From contig OZ242029.1 in assembly GCA_965205015.1 (NCBI GenBank), positions 768,001 to 832,000 of the forward strand: a DNA stretch of 64,000 bases, given 5' to 3'. This stretch comes from Candidatus Poribacteria bacterium (GTDB lineage Bacteria; Poribacteria; WGA-4E; WGA-3G). Shown here one piece after another: positions 41,233 to 52,056 of the stretch; positions within the stretch are counted from its first letter, which is position 1; each line of letters starts with the position of its first letter. The translations under genes were made by a program, and so were the position numbers. The notes under the pieces were generated by a model. That model saw only the letters and a list, made by a program, of their open reading frames with translations, was not told where the DNA came from and searched no databases.

Positions 41233-43075
41233 CGTAATGTTCCGCCTGGAGGGTGTAGAGTCGGGCATACAACCCATTGTCCTTCATCAATTCCTCGTGA
41301 CTCCCTTCTTCGATCACTTTTCCGTCATCAAGGACAAGGATTCGTTCTGCCATACGAACAGTTGACATGCGATGAGAAATCAGGACGGTTGTTTTCTCTT
41401 TTGTTAATTCCTGAAATCGGGTATAGATATCGTGCTCACTGCGGACATCAAGGGCTGCGGTGGGTTCATCAAGGATGAGGAGCTGTGCGTTTCGGGTGAG
41501 GGCGCGAGCGAGCGCGATTTTTTGCCATTGTCCACCTGAGAGTTCTGTGCCGTCTTCAAATTGACGCGAGAGGACAGTTTCATACCCGTTTGGGAGTTGG
41601 TTAATAAAATCAGCACCTGCTTTTTCAGCCGCTGCTTTGATGTCGTTTAATTCAGAAAGTCGGTCAACATTGCCGAGTCCGATATTTTCCTGTACACTGA
41701 GTTGATATTTGAGAAACCCCTGATCGACGACACTCATTTGCGAGCGTAGATCGTCCAGATCATAGTGGTGGATAGGAACATTATCGAGATGAATGTCTCC
41801 GTCACTCGGGTCATACATTCGTGTGATTAATTTGACTAAGGTTGTTTTTCCGGCACCGTTTTTTCCAACGATGGCAACGGTTTCCCCAGGGTAAATATTC
41901 AAGGAGATCCCGTCCAAAATCTTTCGGTCTGTGTTGGGGTAAGTAAAGGAGACGTTTCTCAATTCAATGCCTTTTTGAAAGGGACGGGGTGCCGGTTTGG
42001 CAAATTCTTTGGGGACCCTTTTAATGACCGGCTTTCTTTTTAAAAAGTCATAAAGGTGTGTTAAAAAGCTTCCGGTGCGGTGCATAAATGCGAAGTTGAA
42101 GAGGGAAGTGCTCATGCTCGTCCAGATGACGAGAACAGCACCCGCGTAGGCAGTGAGTTCACCGACACTTAACTCGCCGCCGATCGTCTGTCGAAAAAGG
42201 GTGCCATAAACGGCACACACAGCAGCACCGCCTAATAAAGCATAGAGGGAAAGCGTACGAAACTCACGCTTTCGGACAGACCAGAGTACGCCGAGAATCC
42301 GAGTAAAGATGCGCCGATACTTTCCGAAAAAGAAATCGCGTAGCCCAAAAATACGCACATCTTTCGCGGTATCGTGAGAGAGGAACTGATTTCTGAAGTA
42401 GTCGAGTTTTCGGGCTTCGGGTGCTTGAAATTGAAGCGCGACTCCAAAAAGGTTTGCGTATTTATAGTGCGCTAATGCATAGGGTAATGCACAAAGCATT
42501 AGAAGGAGGGGTGCCAGTGGATGAAATAAGGATAGGAAGATGGCTACGGAAATCAACGCCCAAAAATCACTTCCTGCCTGAAAAGCGTAGATAACTAAAT
42601 CGGCACTACTTCCTTCGACATGCCGAACCCGTTGGAGTTGGTCATGCAGTTTTGGATCTTCAAAATGTGCAATGCCTGGATGTTGGTTGGCAGTTTCCAT
42701 GACGAGGAGTGCCACATACCGACGCATCTTATCGCCAAGGACGCTTTTCACCAGAAGGAAAATCGGTTCCATTATTTGCATGACGACCGTGGCGAGTGCT
42801 AATCCAATCAAGAGTGGCGCCGCGTCCCAAAAACGCTGATCGTTCGTATCAGCGATAGCGATGACCATATTAATAGCATCCTTGCTTAAGTAAAGGATGA
42901 AGACCGGTAACACACCTTGGATGAGCATTAAGAAAAACAGGACTACTGTCTCAACTTTACCTGCGCGCCATATCATGCTGAAGGCGCGGAAAATCGCTGT
43001 GTATACTGGACCCCATTCTTTTACGGGAGGATTCCACTCTTCAAGTTGGATATCAGGTTCTTTGTGTTGTTCCAT
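41225..43075 (-). CDS. ABC exporter, fused TMD-NBD (likely heterodimer partner)
   Basis: GKNGAGKTT, LSGGQWQK and ILDEPT motifs. Confidence 0.92.
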   Translation of the reverse strand: MEQHKEPDIQLEEWNPPVKEWGPVYTAIFRAFSMIWRAGKVETVVLFFLMLIQGVLPVFILYLSKDAINMVIAIADTNDQRFWDAAPLLIGLALATVVMQIMEPIFLLVKSVLGDKMRRYVALLVMETANQHPGIAHFEDPKLHDQLQRVRHVEGSSADLVIYAFQAGSDFWALISVAIFLSLFHPLAPLLLMLCALPYALAHYKYANLFGVALQFQAPEARKLDYFRNQFLSHDTAKDVRIFGLRDFFFGKYRRIFTRILGVLWSVRKREFRTLSLYALLGGAAVCAVYGTLFRQTIGGELSVGELTAYAGAVLVIWTSMSTSLFNFAFMHRTGSFLTHLYDFLKRKPVIKRVPKEFAKPAPRPFQKGIELRNVSFTYPNTDRKILDGISLNIYPGETVAIVGKNGAGKTTLVKLITRMYDPSDGDIHLDNVPIHHYDLDDLRSQMSVVDQGFLKYQLSVQENIGLGNVDRLSELNDIKAAAEKAGADFINQLPNGYETVLSRQFEDGTELSGGQWQKIALARALTRNAQLLILDEPTAALDVRSEHDIYTRFQELTKEKTTVLISHRMSTVRMAERILVLDDGKVIEEGSHEELMKDNGLYARLYTLQAEHYDV

Positions 43076-43149
43076 GTTATCGTAAACCTACAATCATTTA
43101 TATCCCAGAAGATTGACAGAGTTATAGGTTTCCCATCCTTGTGTAAATG

Positions 43150-44415
43150 TTAATTCTTGGTGTGGAGCGCGTCGACGGGTGAAAGCTGAGCTGCCCGCAT
43201 CGCAGGATAGACTCCGAAACCCACGCCCATGACAATCGAGAAAATAACAGAAGTCAATATCCACGGAAGGGAGAGGACGACGGGCCATGCCTCCACAACT
43301 GGTACAATCCGCACCGCAAGCCATGCCATTCCGTGTGCTGCGCCCCAACCGCCCGCGATCCCGAGCACCCCGCCACACAAACAGAGACAGATCGATTCCG
43401 TTAAAAATTGACAAAAAATGTGAATCCGTTTCGCACCTACGGATCTCCGTAAACCTATCTCCCGTGTCTTTTCACCGACAGAGACGAGACAGATATTCAT
43501 GATGCCGACGCCGCTGACGAACAGCGAGAAACCCGCAAGACTGCCCAAGGTGATTTTTATCACTTTTTGAATGTGGAAAAGTCGGTGAGCCGTCAGTTTC
43601 GCTATCCAAACGCCGATAAACTCATCTTTCCCTCGGTGTCTTTTACGCAGGGTGTTTTTAACAGAATCAATAATACTGTCCATCTCTGCCCCTTTTCTAA
43701 AAAAGACGAGCAAGTAGTCAACGTAACGAAAGCCTTTCACCCGTTGCTGATAGGTTGTCAACGGCACAGAAATCGCATCATCTAAAGAATACGTGTCGCT
43801 GAGGCTCATGCCTTTTGTTGTCATCACCCCGATAACCCGTAACCGAATCTGCGATTGCCGCCAGTGATACCGAACCTTCACCTCTTGTCCAATGGGCGAT
43901 GTTTTCCCAAAAAGCTCACTGGCGGTATTCGCACCGAGGACACAGACCTGCTTCGCATTTTTGATATCGCTGTCGGAAAAGAATCTACCGGCGTGAACTT
44001 CCCATCCCATGCCGAGAGAGTAGTCCGCTGTGATACCTTCTAAACGCGCTTTCGCTTGATTCCCGTTTCGGCTGCTCACAAAGGTGTTGAAGTCTTCTAC
44101 TTTAGGCAAGACGTACAGCACATCGGGGCATTCTGCCTCAACTGCAGAAGCGTCCTCAAGGGTATATCGCTCTGTCGTACGTCGGGCGAGCCGCGGCCCC
44201 TTCCAAATAGTCGTCCGTGTCCAGAATGCGATCTGGTTGGCACCCCCCATCATTTCAAGGTTTTGAGCGATGATACGTTTCCCGCCATCGCCGATAGCGA
44301 TCATGCACAGCACACCCGCAATCCCGATGAAAATGCCGAGAATGGACAATCCAGCACGGAGTCTATTTTGCGCGACGGGCTTCACACCCGCGATGATAGC
44401 ATCACGAAATTTCAT
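43150..44415 (-). CDS. MacB/FtsX-type ABC permease
   Basis: RAGLSILGIFIGIA, GRFFSDSD and GIMNICLVSVGEKTREIGLRRSVGA motifs. Confidence 0.92.
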   Translation of the reverse strand: MKFRDAIIAGVKPVAQNRLRAGLSILGIFIGIAGVLCMIAIGDGGKRIIAQNLEMMGGANQIAFWTRTTIWKGPRLARRTTERYTLEDASAVEAECPDVLYVLPKVEDFNTFVSSRNGNQAKARLEGITADYSLGMGWEVHAGRFFSDSDIKNAKQVCVLGANTASELFGKTSPIGQEVKVRYHWRQSQIRLRVIGVMTTKGMSLSDTYSLDDAISVPLTTYQQRVKGFRYVDYLLVFFRKGAEMDSIIDSVKNTLRKRHRGKDEFIGVWIAKLTAHRLFHIQKVIKITLGSLAGFSLFVSGVGIMNICLVSVGEKTREIGLRRSVGAKRIHIFCQFLTESICLCLCGGVLGIAGGWGAAHGMAWLAVRIVPVVEAWPVVLSLPWILTSVIFSIVMGVGFGVYPAMRAAQLSPVDALHTKN

Positions 44416-44515
44416 TGCTGCACCTTTTCCTGTATCAGAACCCGAAAGGACTTACCGATGTGTTTGAAATCGGACAAATCTTTCGGAATTACCAATCACG
44501 AAAATAAATGTTGTC

Positions 44516-46216
44516 CTACGTCTGCCCAAGAACCTTCAGAAACGCTTCATCGTCTTTTACATCCGAAAATTCAGGGGTCTCAAGGAAAGTCGGGTAGTAT
44601 GTATCCTGATTATAAGGATCTACCACATAGTACGCCTGAGCGGACTTTAAATGATGTAAAGTTTTTTCTCTGTCCTTTTCAGAAGCCCAGATGCTTGCAG
44701 CCAGCTGGAAGTGTCCATAATGGTTGTTATCTTCCAAATCAATGGCGATTTGTAGGAAACATCTCGCCTCGTTATACTTCTTAGACCACAACAGACAACA
44801 ACCGATATCGTGTGCTAACCACATAAGGTCGTCGAGATTTACAGGTTGACCCGCATCCCGTTTCTTCAACTCTCCTTCCATATAGGCACTCACTTCCGTA
44901 AAAATTCGATCGAAACGTCCCCAATCTCCTTGTTTACCGTATATGAGAAGTCGACTTTCTTTCGCAATCAACCAGAATTGAAAATAATGCTCTGAACCGG
45001 GTTCGTTGTTAGCACGTTCCAACTTTTCTATCTCAAGGAAGGCTTCATCGAACCGGTCGTTGCATCGTAATACATCTATTCCGGCCTGCAGGAATTCACA
45101 ACGCCTGAAGTAACTCACGCCTGGGTTCTCTAAGCGTTCAGAGGCGTCATTATATAGCTGAATCCAGTCATCAATACGACCTTCCGCCGCCCAACATCCG
45201 GATCCCCCCAGATTAGCACCAGCCTCCAACACATATTTATCCGGCAAGTGCTGGCACGTCCAACAGTAAAGCCGAGAGTGTTCCTCAATAGCTGCTCGAT
45301 TTCTTCCAAGAGAAGCGAGACTATCGACTAACCTGTCATGCGCCCAGAAACGCTCCGTATCACCCAGCGCGTCCTCCATATACCTACGGAGTAGAGGTAC
45401 CCGCTTTTCCATGCCGAGTTTGCCCATATACGGGTATATCTCATCGGCAGCAAGATGCACCAATTCAGGCGTGATTTCACCCTTAAGTGCGTCTTCAATC
45501 TCGTTACAGGCTTCTGTAAGAATACCCACTCTGGATGCAGGATCAGATTTCACTTTTTCCATGAATAAATTGAACTTACTGCGAACTTCTTCTAATTGTG
45601 TCATGACATTCTCCTTCAGATTATCTGATAGTTGTAGATGACCAAAAAATTCTGGATTCAAGAGTTCTTGCTCTGTTCGCAAACGCTTTCGCGCCCGTTG
45701 GAGTCGACTCGTAATTGTGTTCACCGACACCCCCATGAATTTGCCGATCTCTTTCGTTGACATTTCGTCCAGATAGAAGAGGGTTACAACTGTGCGTTCC
45801 TTCTCCGGCAGTTTTTCTAAAAGTCTTTTCACAAGTTCATGGTAATGCTCGGTTCTCTCTGTCATTCGCTGTTCTGATATATGATGCGTATAAGAGGACT
45901 GCTCGATTTCTTCTACAGGTGTATCCTCCAGGGATTGCATCATAGACTTTTGGCTTCGCATCCAATCAATGCAAAGCCGATTTGCGATAACATGGAGCCA
46001 CCCCGCAAATTGATCGGGATTCTTGAGCGTCGGAAGTTTTCTGTATGCCCTCAGGAAGGTATCTTGCATAATCTCTTCCGCATGGTGAAAATCTTGGATC
46101 TTCCGCCATGCCAGTGCATGAACGCTTTTTTGGTACTTTTCGACCAAGATGCTAAACGCAGCGTCGTCCCCAGATAAAATTTTGCGAATCAATTGAACAT
46201 CGTCTTCTCTTTCCAC
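44516..46216 (-). CDS. ECF sigma factor with a C-terminal ~360-aa helical TPR-like domain (paralog 1)
   Basis: sigma2 (AEEIMQDTFLRAY...F.GWL..IA) and sigma4 (LPEKERTVVTLFY...EIG...TITSRLQRARKRL) followed by a helical repeat-like extension. Confidence 0.88.
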   Translation of the reverse strand: MEREDDVQLIRKILSGDDAAFSILVEKYQKSVHALAWRKIQDFHHAEEIMQDTFLRAYRKLPTLKNPDQFAGWLHVIANRLCIDWMRSQKSMMQSLEDTPVEEIEQSSYTHHISEQRMTERTEHYHELVKRLLEKLPEKERTVVTLFYLDEMSTKEIGKFMGVSVNTITSRLQRARKRLRTEQELLNPEFFGHLQLSDNLKENVMTQLEEVRSKFNLFMEKVKSDPASRVGILTEACNEIEDALKGEITPELVHLAADEIYPYMGKLGMEKRVPLLRRYMEDALGDTERFWAHDRLVDSLASLGRNRAAIEEHSRLYCWTCQHLPDKYVLEAGANLGGSGCWAAEGRIDDWIQLYNDASERLENPGVSYFRRCEFLQAGIDVLRCNDRFDEAFLEIEKLERANNEPGSEHYFQFWLIAKESRLLIYGKQGDWGRFDRIFTEVSAYMEGELKKRDAGQPVNLDDLMWLAHDIGCCLLWSKKYNEARCFLQIAIDLEDNNHYGHFQLAASIWASEKDREKTLHHLKSAQAYYVVDPYNQDTYYPTFLETPEFSDVKDDEAFLKVLGQT

Positions 46217-46330
46217 GAAACTTCCTCCTCATGAACAGATTGAATCGTGTTGCATTCGCCAAAAGATTTAATCAAACGCCAATCTTTAAAATTAAGCAAT
46301 ACAGTCCGATTTACACTCTCTATTATTAAG

Positions 46331-46357
46331 GACGAAAGTTTAATCAAAAAACGTGCA
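46331..46357 (-). promoter_or_regulatory. ECF-type promoter TGCACG-N17-CGTC upstream of ECF-TPR paralog 1
   Basis: Same motif and spacing at 51452-51478 and 53014-53040. Confidence 0.7.
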
Positions 46358-46529
46358 TTCTGCCGAAAAAACGTTCAAGTCATTGTAAATTTTATTATAA
46401 GTCAGGGTGATCGATGGATGGAACAGCGAAAAGAGCAGCACAAATGCTTTTCTGTCGTGCGGTGTCCGAAGCAAAGAACACAAGGGCACATTTGTTTCTT
46501 TGTAATATGGGAAGTTTGAAAACTATACG

Positions 46530-47936
46530 CTAAATTTCAATGCGTACAAATGCCAGGAACGCTCCGGAGAAAAAAACAACGAAAAATAGCGTTAACAACA
46601 GCAAATTCATCGCCGCTGTGTTGAAATCACGACCAAAGTTGCGTGTGTCTTCAAATTTGGGAACTGCTTCTGGATTGACGGGTTTCTGCGATACCCCCTC
46701 GCGAACACCAATGATATGAAGACTCTCCGGATCCGCTCTATCGGTATCAACAATGAATTCGCGAAATTGTTGAGCGTAGGATTGAACATTCTCTAAGAAT
46801 TGCAGGTGTCGCTCAAAACCGGTTCCAGCGAACGACTCAAGGAGATGCTCCACAATTGTGACAGGTGAAAGACGGGTGATGGTGCGCGCCCGGTTCACTT
46901 GAGAAATCCGCCGTTTTAAGTGTTCTTCGCGCAAGCGTTCCCGCTGTTCTGCGTCTTGGGTAACATACTCGCCTGACAATTGTAATTTTTTTCTTTCATC
47001 TTCGCGGACTTCATGCCAATGAGTGTCGAATTCCTCCCTACGTTCCCAAAATCCAAGACTCGTCCTGAACGATGAAGAGCGTCCCTCGGATGAAGAGTGC
47101 CCGGCGATCGAAGCAAGTGTACTGGGCATAAAAACAACAAGCGTGACCCAAGCTAACAGAAGTATCACAAGGCTTACTGCGCTCCGTTGCACACGCGCCG
47201 ATACCAATAAACCTAATGCAAGAAAAAGACAGGTGTACAGGAGCGCAATAAAGTAGATGACACCTAAACGTCCCCACGCATCTGCGCTAAGGTAAACATC
47301 ACTTGACATAGAGATTACCAACAGATTCACCAACACGGCAAGCGTAAATGGAATACTCATGCTTACCAACGCCCCTAAAAATTTGCCAATCAGCACAGTG
47401 TGCCGCGGAATCGCATTTGCCAACATTAATCGCAATGTACCCTGTTCACGTTCATTGGAGATGGAATCGAAGGTGAACAGGAGCGCGAGGAGACTTAAGA
47501 CATAGCCGATGATAAAACCCCAGTCCACTTTGGTAACCTCTGGGTCTAGGTTGTCCCGATTGGGGGTGGCAGATGGATATCCGAGTGTCCATAAGCCCTC
47601 TAAGCCACGTTCCTGCCAACTCCAGCTCTGAAAACTACTGACATGTGCGGACAAAAACGCTTCACCGCGCGCTGCGCAGAAGTGGAGGGGGGATGGTTTT
47701 TTGTGAAGATCCCCAGGTCCCTTTTGTGCGAGTGTATAGAAACTTGCGTTGGCATGAGACTTTAAACGGTTTTGATGTGCAGCGACATTCTCGCTATACT
47801 TCTGAACCCGCTCTGGATGCTCTCGGAGATGCAGAACGGCATTGGTCAGCATCAAACCCAAGAGCAGGACTGTTGCAAGCGCGAATCGGAGGCTATTGAG
47901 ATTATCATAGAGTTCGCGTTTTACGATATGCCACAT
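46530..47936 (-). CDS. ABC-2 type permease (type B of the pair)
   Basis: FDSISNEREQGTLRLMLAN...LIGKF motif; paralog of 59038..60489. Confidence 0.88.
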   Translation of the reverse strand: MWHIVKRELYDNLNSLRFALATVLLLGLMLTNAVLHLREHPERVQKYSENVAAHQNRLKSHANASFYTLAQKGPGDLHKKPSPLHFCAARGEAFLSAHVSSFQSWSWQERGLEGLWTLGYPSATPNRDNLDPEVTKVDWGFIIGYVLSLLALLFTFDSISNEREQGTLRLMLANAIPRHTVLIGKFLGALVSMSIPFTLAVLVNLLVISMSSDVYLSADAWGRLGVIYFIALLYTCLFLALGLLVSARVQRSAVSLVILLLAWVTLVVFMPSTLASIAGHSSSEGRSSSFRTSLGFWERREEFDTHWHEVREDERKKLQLSGEYVTQDAEQRERLREEHLKRRISQVNRARTITRLSPVTIVEHLLESFAGTGFERHLQFLENVQSYAQQFREFIVDTDRADPESLHIIGVREGVSQKPVNPEAVPKFEDTRNFGRDFNTAAMNLLLLTLFFVVFFSGAFLAFVRIEI

Positions 47937-47940
47937 TTTT

Positions 47941-48063
47941 GGGTTCTCGGTCTTCGGTTTTCGGAGGAAAGGGTTATCGGTATGCCTCGCAGTGAGAGTT
48001 CCAAGAGGGATTTGTTAAACGAAAACCTCTTACTGACCACCGACAACTGACCACCGATAACCA
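47941..48063. repeat. Heptamer-armed palindromic intergenic element
   Basis: TCGGTCT/TCGGTTT left arm, AAGAGG...AAACGAAAACCTCTT core, ACTGACC/ACCGACA right arm. Confidence 0.7.
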
Positions 48064-48065
48064 CT

Positions 48066-49577
48066 TTACACTTCACTTTTGACGAAAATCAGAAATATCA
48101 GGATGAAAATAACGACATTCATCATGAGCAAGATGCCTACATCCGGCAAGGCTCGCTTAGCATTTGTGTTCACATTGCCCCTTTGAAAAGCAAATTCTGG
48201 AAGAATGCTCCAATCCGCTGCGCCCTGGTCTGAGGAGAACCACTGTCGAGATCCAAATGCCTCTTTATCGTAGAGAGCGTCGATCACTTCCTGTCTGTAT
48301 CGTCTCGCTGCGTCGAAGAAATCTCTGACACCGTGCAAGTCAGTATCGGTCCATGCTTGTGTTGCAGCATCATACAGCCCCACGGGTGAAAGTTTCAAAT
48401 AGAGTCGCTTCACATTTGCCGGGTGAATGAAGATATCCTCCAGCGCAGGTTTTCGGACAAGCCAGGTCTGGTCGGCCGTACGGATAATCAGCGAACCGAG
48501 GAAACGGAAATGACTCTGGGCGTGAGGTATCTTGTGTTCCTCTTTCTCATCAAACCCTTCAAACGCCAAGATACCTTCAAAGGAGTATTTTAGCGTCCGG
48601 GGGTCACCCCAGAAGTAAGCGTAAGGGTTGGATCCACTGCCTCTTAATCCAAGATTCCAATCTATTCCTGGGAAAGCGTCGGTAGCGAGGAAATGCCTCC
48701 GTTCTCTCTCAAATTCTCCTTCCCACATCTGTTTAATTTGACTAAAAGCGGAGGCAGCACGCGCCTGCGGTGCTTCAGAGCGGGGGATCACAGCAAGAAT
48801 CGTATTCGGATAGATGAGGACTAAAAACCCCCAAACGAACATCGAGAGCATCAATGCAGTACTCGTTCGACACGTCGCCGCCGAAATCAGCAGTCCGATG
48901 AGGTAAAACACTGACAGATACGCAACGGATGCCAAAAGAATCCCGCCGATCCGTAAAAAATCATCGGTGTTTAGAGAAATGGAAGGGGTCGTCGTCAGCA
49001 AGATGACGGCGAGGAGAAGGCTTATTAGCAATGGCACGAGTAGGCAGATCATCGCACTGATGTATTTGGCAAGCAGGACATGCCCGCGACGGACGTGCGA
49101 CATCAAGACGAGACGTAATGTGCCACGCTCGTATTCTCCCGCGAGGGTATCGTAGGCGAAAATCAATGCCAATAAGCTCAGGATCACCTCAAAGATAAAA
49201 ACAATATCCATGGAAGCAAACATATCCATAAACGGATTATCCGCCCCATGCATTCCGGCATCCCACAGCGATGGAACATACGTATGTGATACCTGTACCT
49301 GGTTTCCAACCCGTTTATCGTATCCAGCATTGAAAATGCTCAATGGATTGGGGGGACGGTCGATACGCACTTCACCTGCTGAATAGGTTTTTTTCGCCTG
49401 CATCTGTCGCTGATGCGTTTTGACAGCGTCGTTGTAGTCCATCAATCGCTGTTCATAATCCTTAAGAAGCACAGCAGTATTGGCGACAACAAGCAACAAC
49501 GTAATAAAGACAGCTGCAGCGAAGCGGAACGTCATCAGGTTGTCGAGGAGTTCTCGGCGGATAAGCGTTGTTAACAT
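48066..49577 (-). CDS. ABC-2 type permease (type A of the pair)
   Basis: RPPNPLSIF and AYDTLAGEYERGTLRLVL motifs; paralog of 60639..62201. Confidence 0.88.
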   Translation of the reverse strand: MLTTLIRRELLDNLMTFRFAAAVFITLLLVVANTAVLLKDYEQRLMDYNDAVKTHQRQMQAKKTYSAGEVRIDRPPNPLSIFNAGYDKRVGNQVQVSHTYVPSLWDAGMHGADNPFMDMFASMDIVFIFEVILSLLALIFAYDTLAGEYERGTLRLVLMSHVRRGHVLLAKYISAMICLLVPLLISLLLAVILLTTTPSISLNTDDFLRIGGILLASVAYLSVFYLIGLLISAATCRTSTALMLSMFVWGFLVLIYPNTILAVIPRSEAPQARAASAFSQIKQMWEGEFERERRHFLATDAFPGIDWNLGLRGSGSNPYAYFWGDPRTLKYSFEGILAFEGFDEKEEHKIPHAQSHFRFLGSLIIRTADQTWLVRKPALEDIFIHPANVKRLYLKLSPVGLYDAATQAWTDTDLHGVRDFFDAARRYRQEVIDALYDKEAFGSRQWFSSDQGAADWSILPEFAFQRGNVNTNAKRALPDVGILLMMNVVIFILIFLIFVKSEV

Positions 49578-49614
49578 GGTTTACCCTTAAAATCAAACTG
49601 GATACAGCATTATC

Positions 49615-51333
49615 CTACTTCTGCCCGAGAACCTTCAGAAACTCTGGGTCATCCTTTACATCCGAAAATTCCGGAGTTTTAAGGAAAGACGGGTAGTAGC
49701 TATCCATATAATTGTAGGAACTAACTATATAATCGCTCTGAGCGATCTTCAAATGGTGTAAAGTCTTCTCTCGGTTTTTCTCAGATGCCCAGACGCTCAC
49801 AGCAAGCATGAAGTGATTATAATCGTTGTAATTTCCCAAATCGATGGCGAGTTGTAGCAAACGTTTCGCTTCATCATACCTCTTCGCCCATACCAGACAA
49901 CAACCGATATTATGAGCAGTACAAACAAGCTCATAGATATTTACGGGATAACCGGCACTCCGTTTTTCGACTTCTCCTTCAATAAACGTCCTTGTATCCA
50001 TCAAGACTCGATCGAAACGATCCCAATCTCCCTGTTTGCTATACACCCGAAGTCGATTCTCTCTTATCGCCAACCAGAATCGAAAATAACTCCGCCAACC
50101 CGGTTCGCCATTGGCACGTTCCAACTTTTCTATCTCAAGAAGTGCCGCATCTAACCTATCGTTCCTTATTAAGATATCTGATCCAAATTGCAGAAAATCG
50201 CAACGACTGTACTGACTCACTTCAGGGTTCTCTAAGCGTTCAGATGCCTCATTGTAAAGTTGAATCCAGTCATCAATACGGCCTTCCGCCGCCCAACATC
50301 CAGCAGTGTTCGGATTAGAAACAATCCGCAACACATATTTTTCTGAGTGCTTGCATGCCCAACGGTAAAGACGCGTCTGTTCCTCAATAGCTTCTTGATT
50401 TCTCCGAAGAAAAGCGAGGCTTTTGACTAACCTGTCATGTGCCCAGGAACGCTCCGTATCATCTGGAGTGTCATCCATATACTTCCGGAGTAGAGGGAGC
50501 CGTTTTTCCATGCCGAGACTGCCCATATACGGGTATATCTTATCAACCACAAGACGCACCAATTCAGGCGTAATTTCACCCTTAAGTGCATCTTCAATCT
50601 CGTTGGCGGCTTCCTTAAGAATATCCTCCCTTGATGCAGGGTCAGATTTCACTTTTTCCATGAATGCATCGAATTTGCTGCGAAGTTGCTCTAATTGATT
50701 CATAATATTCTCCTCCAGATTATCTGATAACGGTAAATGACCAAAGAATTCTTGATCCAAGAGTTCCGGATCTGTTTGTAAACGTTTTCGCGCCCGGTGG
50801 AGCCGACTCGCAATTGTGTTTACCGGCACGCCCAAAAATTTGCCGATCTCTTTCGTCGGCATTTCGTCAAGATAGTAGAGTGTTACGACCGTGCGTTCAT
50901 TTTCTGGCAGTTTTTCTAAAAGCTGTTGGACAAGATCACGGCAATACTCTGTTCTCTCCGTCATCCGCTGTTCTGACATGTGGTGTGTATAAGAGGATTC
51001 CTCAATTTCTTCCAAACGTGTGCCTTCCAAAGATTGCATCGCAGGCTTGTGCTTCTGTATCCTCTTTTGCTTTCGCATCCAATCAATGCAAAGCCGATTG
51101 GCGATGACATAGAGCCACCCAGCAAATTGATCGGGATTTTTAAGCGTCGAGAGTTTTTTGTATGCCTGAAGGAAGACTTCTTGCATAATATCCTCAGCGT
51201 AGTGATAATCGCCGATCTTCCGCCATACAAGGGTATGAACGCTCTTTCGGTACCTTTCGACCAAGATGCCAAACGCAGCGTCGTCCCCGGATAAAATTTT
51301 GCGAATCAGTTGAACATCGCTTTCTTTTTCCAC
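49615..51333 (-). CDS. ECF sigma factor with a C-terminal TPR-like domain (paralog 2)
   Basis: Collinear paralog of 44516..46216; GTG start MEKESDVQL after GGAGG SD. Confidence 0.88.
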   Translation of the reverse strand: MEKESDVQLIRKILSGDDAAFGILVERYRKSVHTLVWRKIGDYHYAEDIMQEVFLQAYKKLSTLKNPDQFAGWLYVIANRLCIDWMRKQKRIQKHKPAMQSLEGTRLEEIEESSYTHHMSEQRMTERTEYCRDLVQQLLEKLPENERTVVTLYYLDEMPTKEIGKFLGVPVNTIASRLHRARKRLQTDPELLDQEFFGHLPLSDNLEENIMNQLEQLRSKFDAFMEKVKSDPASREDILKEAANEIEDALKGEITPELVRLVVDKIYPYMGSLGMEKRLPLLRKYMDDTPDDTERSWAHDRLVKSLAFLRRNQEAIEEQTRLYRWACKHSEKYVLRIVSNPNTAGCWAAEGRIDDWIQLYNEASERLENPEVSQYSRCDFLQFGSDILIRNDRLDAALLEIEKLERANGEPGWRSYFRFWLAIRENRLRVYSKQGDWDRFDRVLMDTRTFIEGEVEKRSAGYPVNIYELVCTAHNIGCCLVWAKRYDEAKRLLQLAIDLGNYNDYNHFMLAVSVWASEKNREKTLHHLKIAQSDYIVSSYNYMDSYYPSFLKTPEFSDVKDDPEFLKVLGQK

Positions 51334-51451
51334 GAAATTTCCTCCGAATAAATAGATTGGACCCTGTATACCCTCGCCAAAGCGTTTAATCAAATACCAA
51401 GTTTTATGCAATTAAGCAATATGAGGTAGTTTACACCTTCTATATATTAAA

Positions 51452-51478
51452 GACGAAATTTTGGGTAGAAAACTTGCA
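51452..51478 (-). promoter_or_regulatory. ECF-type promoter TGCAAG-N17-CGTC upstream of ECF-TPR paralog 2
   Basis: Conserved motif and spacing with 46331-46357 and 53014-53040. Confidence 0.7.
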
Positions 51479-51538
51479 TTCTGGGGAAAAAATGAAAAAC
51501 TGGATTTTTTAGTAGGTGTTTTGTGAGTGTCAGGCAAC

Positions 51539-51570
51539 AAAAAAGGGAACCGGTAAAAAACCAGTTCCCT
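51539..51570 (-). terminator. Intrinsic terminator after the STAS gene
   Basis: Minus strand AGGGAACTGGT...ACCGGTTCCCT followed by a T-run. Confidence 0.75.
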
Positions 51571-51596
51571 GTGGACATTCTACTGGACCTCGGAAG

Positions 51597-51938
51597 CTAA
51601 GCCGACAATCCAGCAACAGCAGCGTCCTCACTGTCAAAATGTTCAAACAGATTAACCACACGACTCAGAACAATGAGATTTCTGATATGTTTTCCGACAT
51701 TGATGACACCCACGCGTCCCTGTTTTCGCGACGCAGCAGCGTATGCCTCCATCAAGGTGCCAAGACCTGAACTATCGATCCGATTGACCTGCTCGAAATT
51801 GATGAGGATACGTGGGGTATCAGAAGCCTCTATTTGTGGCAAGATAACTTTCCGTAAGTCTGATACGGAGCGTCCGCCCACCTTTCCAGTGGGTTTCAAA
51901 ATCGAGATACCATTTTGCTGGCGAATTTGCGTTGTCAT
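51597..51938 (-). CDS. STAS domain anti-sigma factor antagonist
   Basis: ILINFEQVNRIDSSGLGTL with the conserved phospho-Ser motif DSSG. Confidence 0.92.
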   Translation of the reverse strand: MTTQIRQQNGISILKPTGKVGGRSVSDLRKVILPQIEASDTPRILINFEQVNRIDSSGLGTLMEAYAAASRKQGRVGVINVGKHIRNLIVLSRVVNLFEHFDSEDAAVAGLSA

Positions 51939-52056
51939 TTTTTTCTCCTTTTTTTATTTGTGAAATTTGTCACTGTTAATTGTTCTTTAATACGATTCAA
52001 ACGTTCAATTTAAGGATGCGTTGACTTAACCCGAATTCTATTAAAACACCGTCTTT

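Noticed and set aside
39418-43075. RiPP/lasso peptide biosynthetic cluster suggested by the ABC exporter pair and S9 peptidase
   Set aside because: No modifying enzyme or convincing precursor peptide is present in the window.
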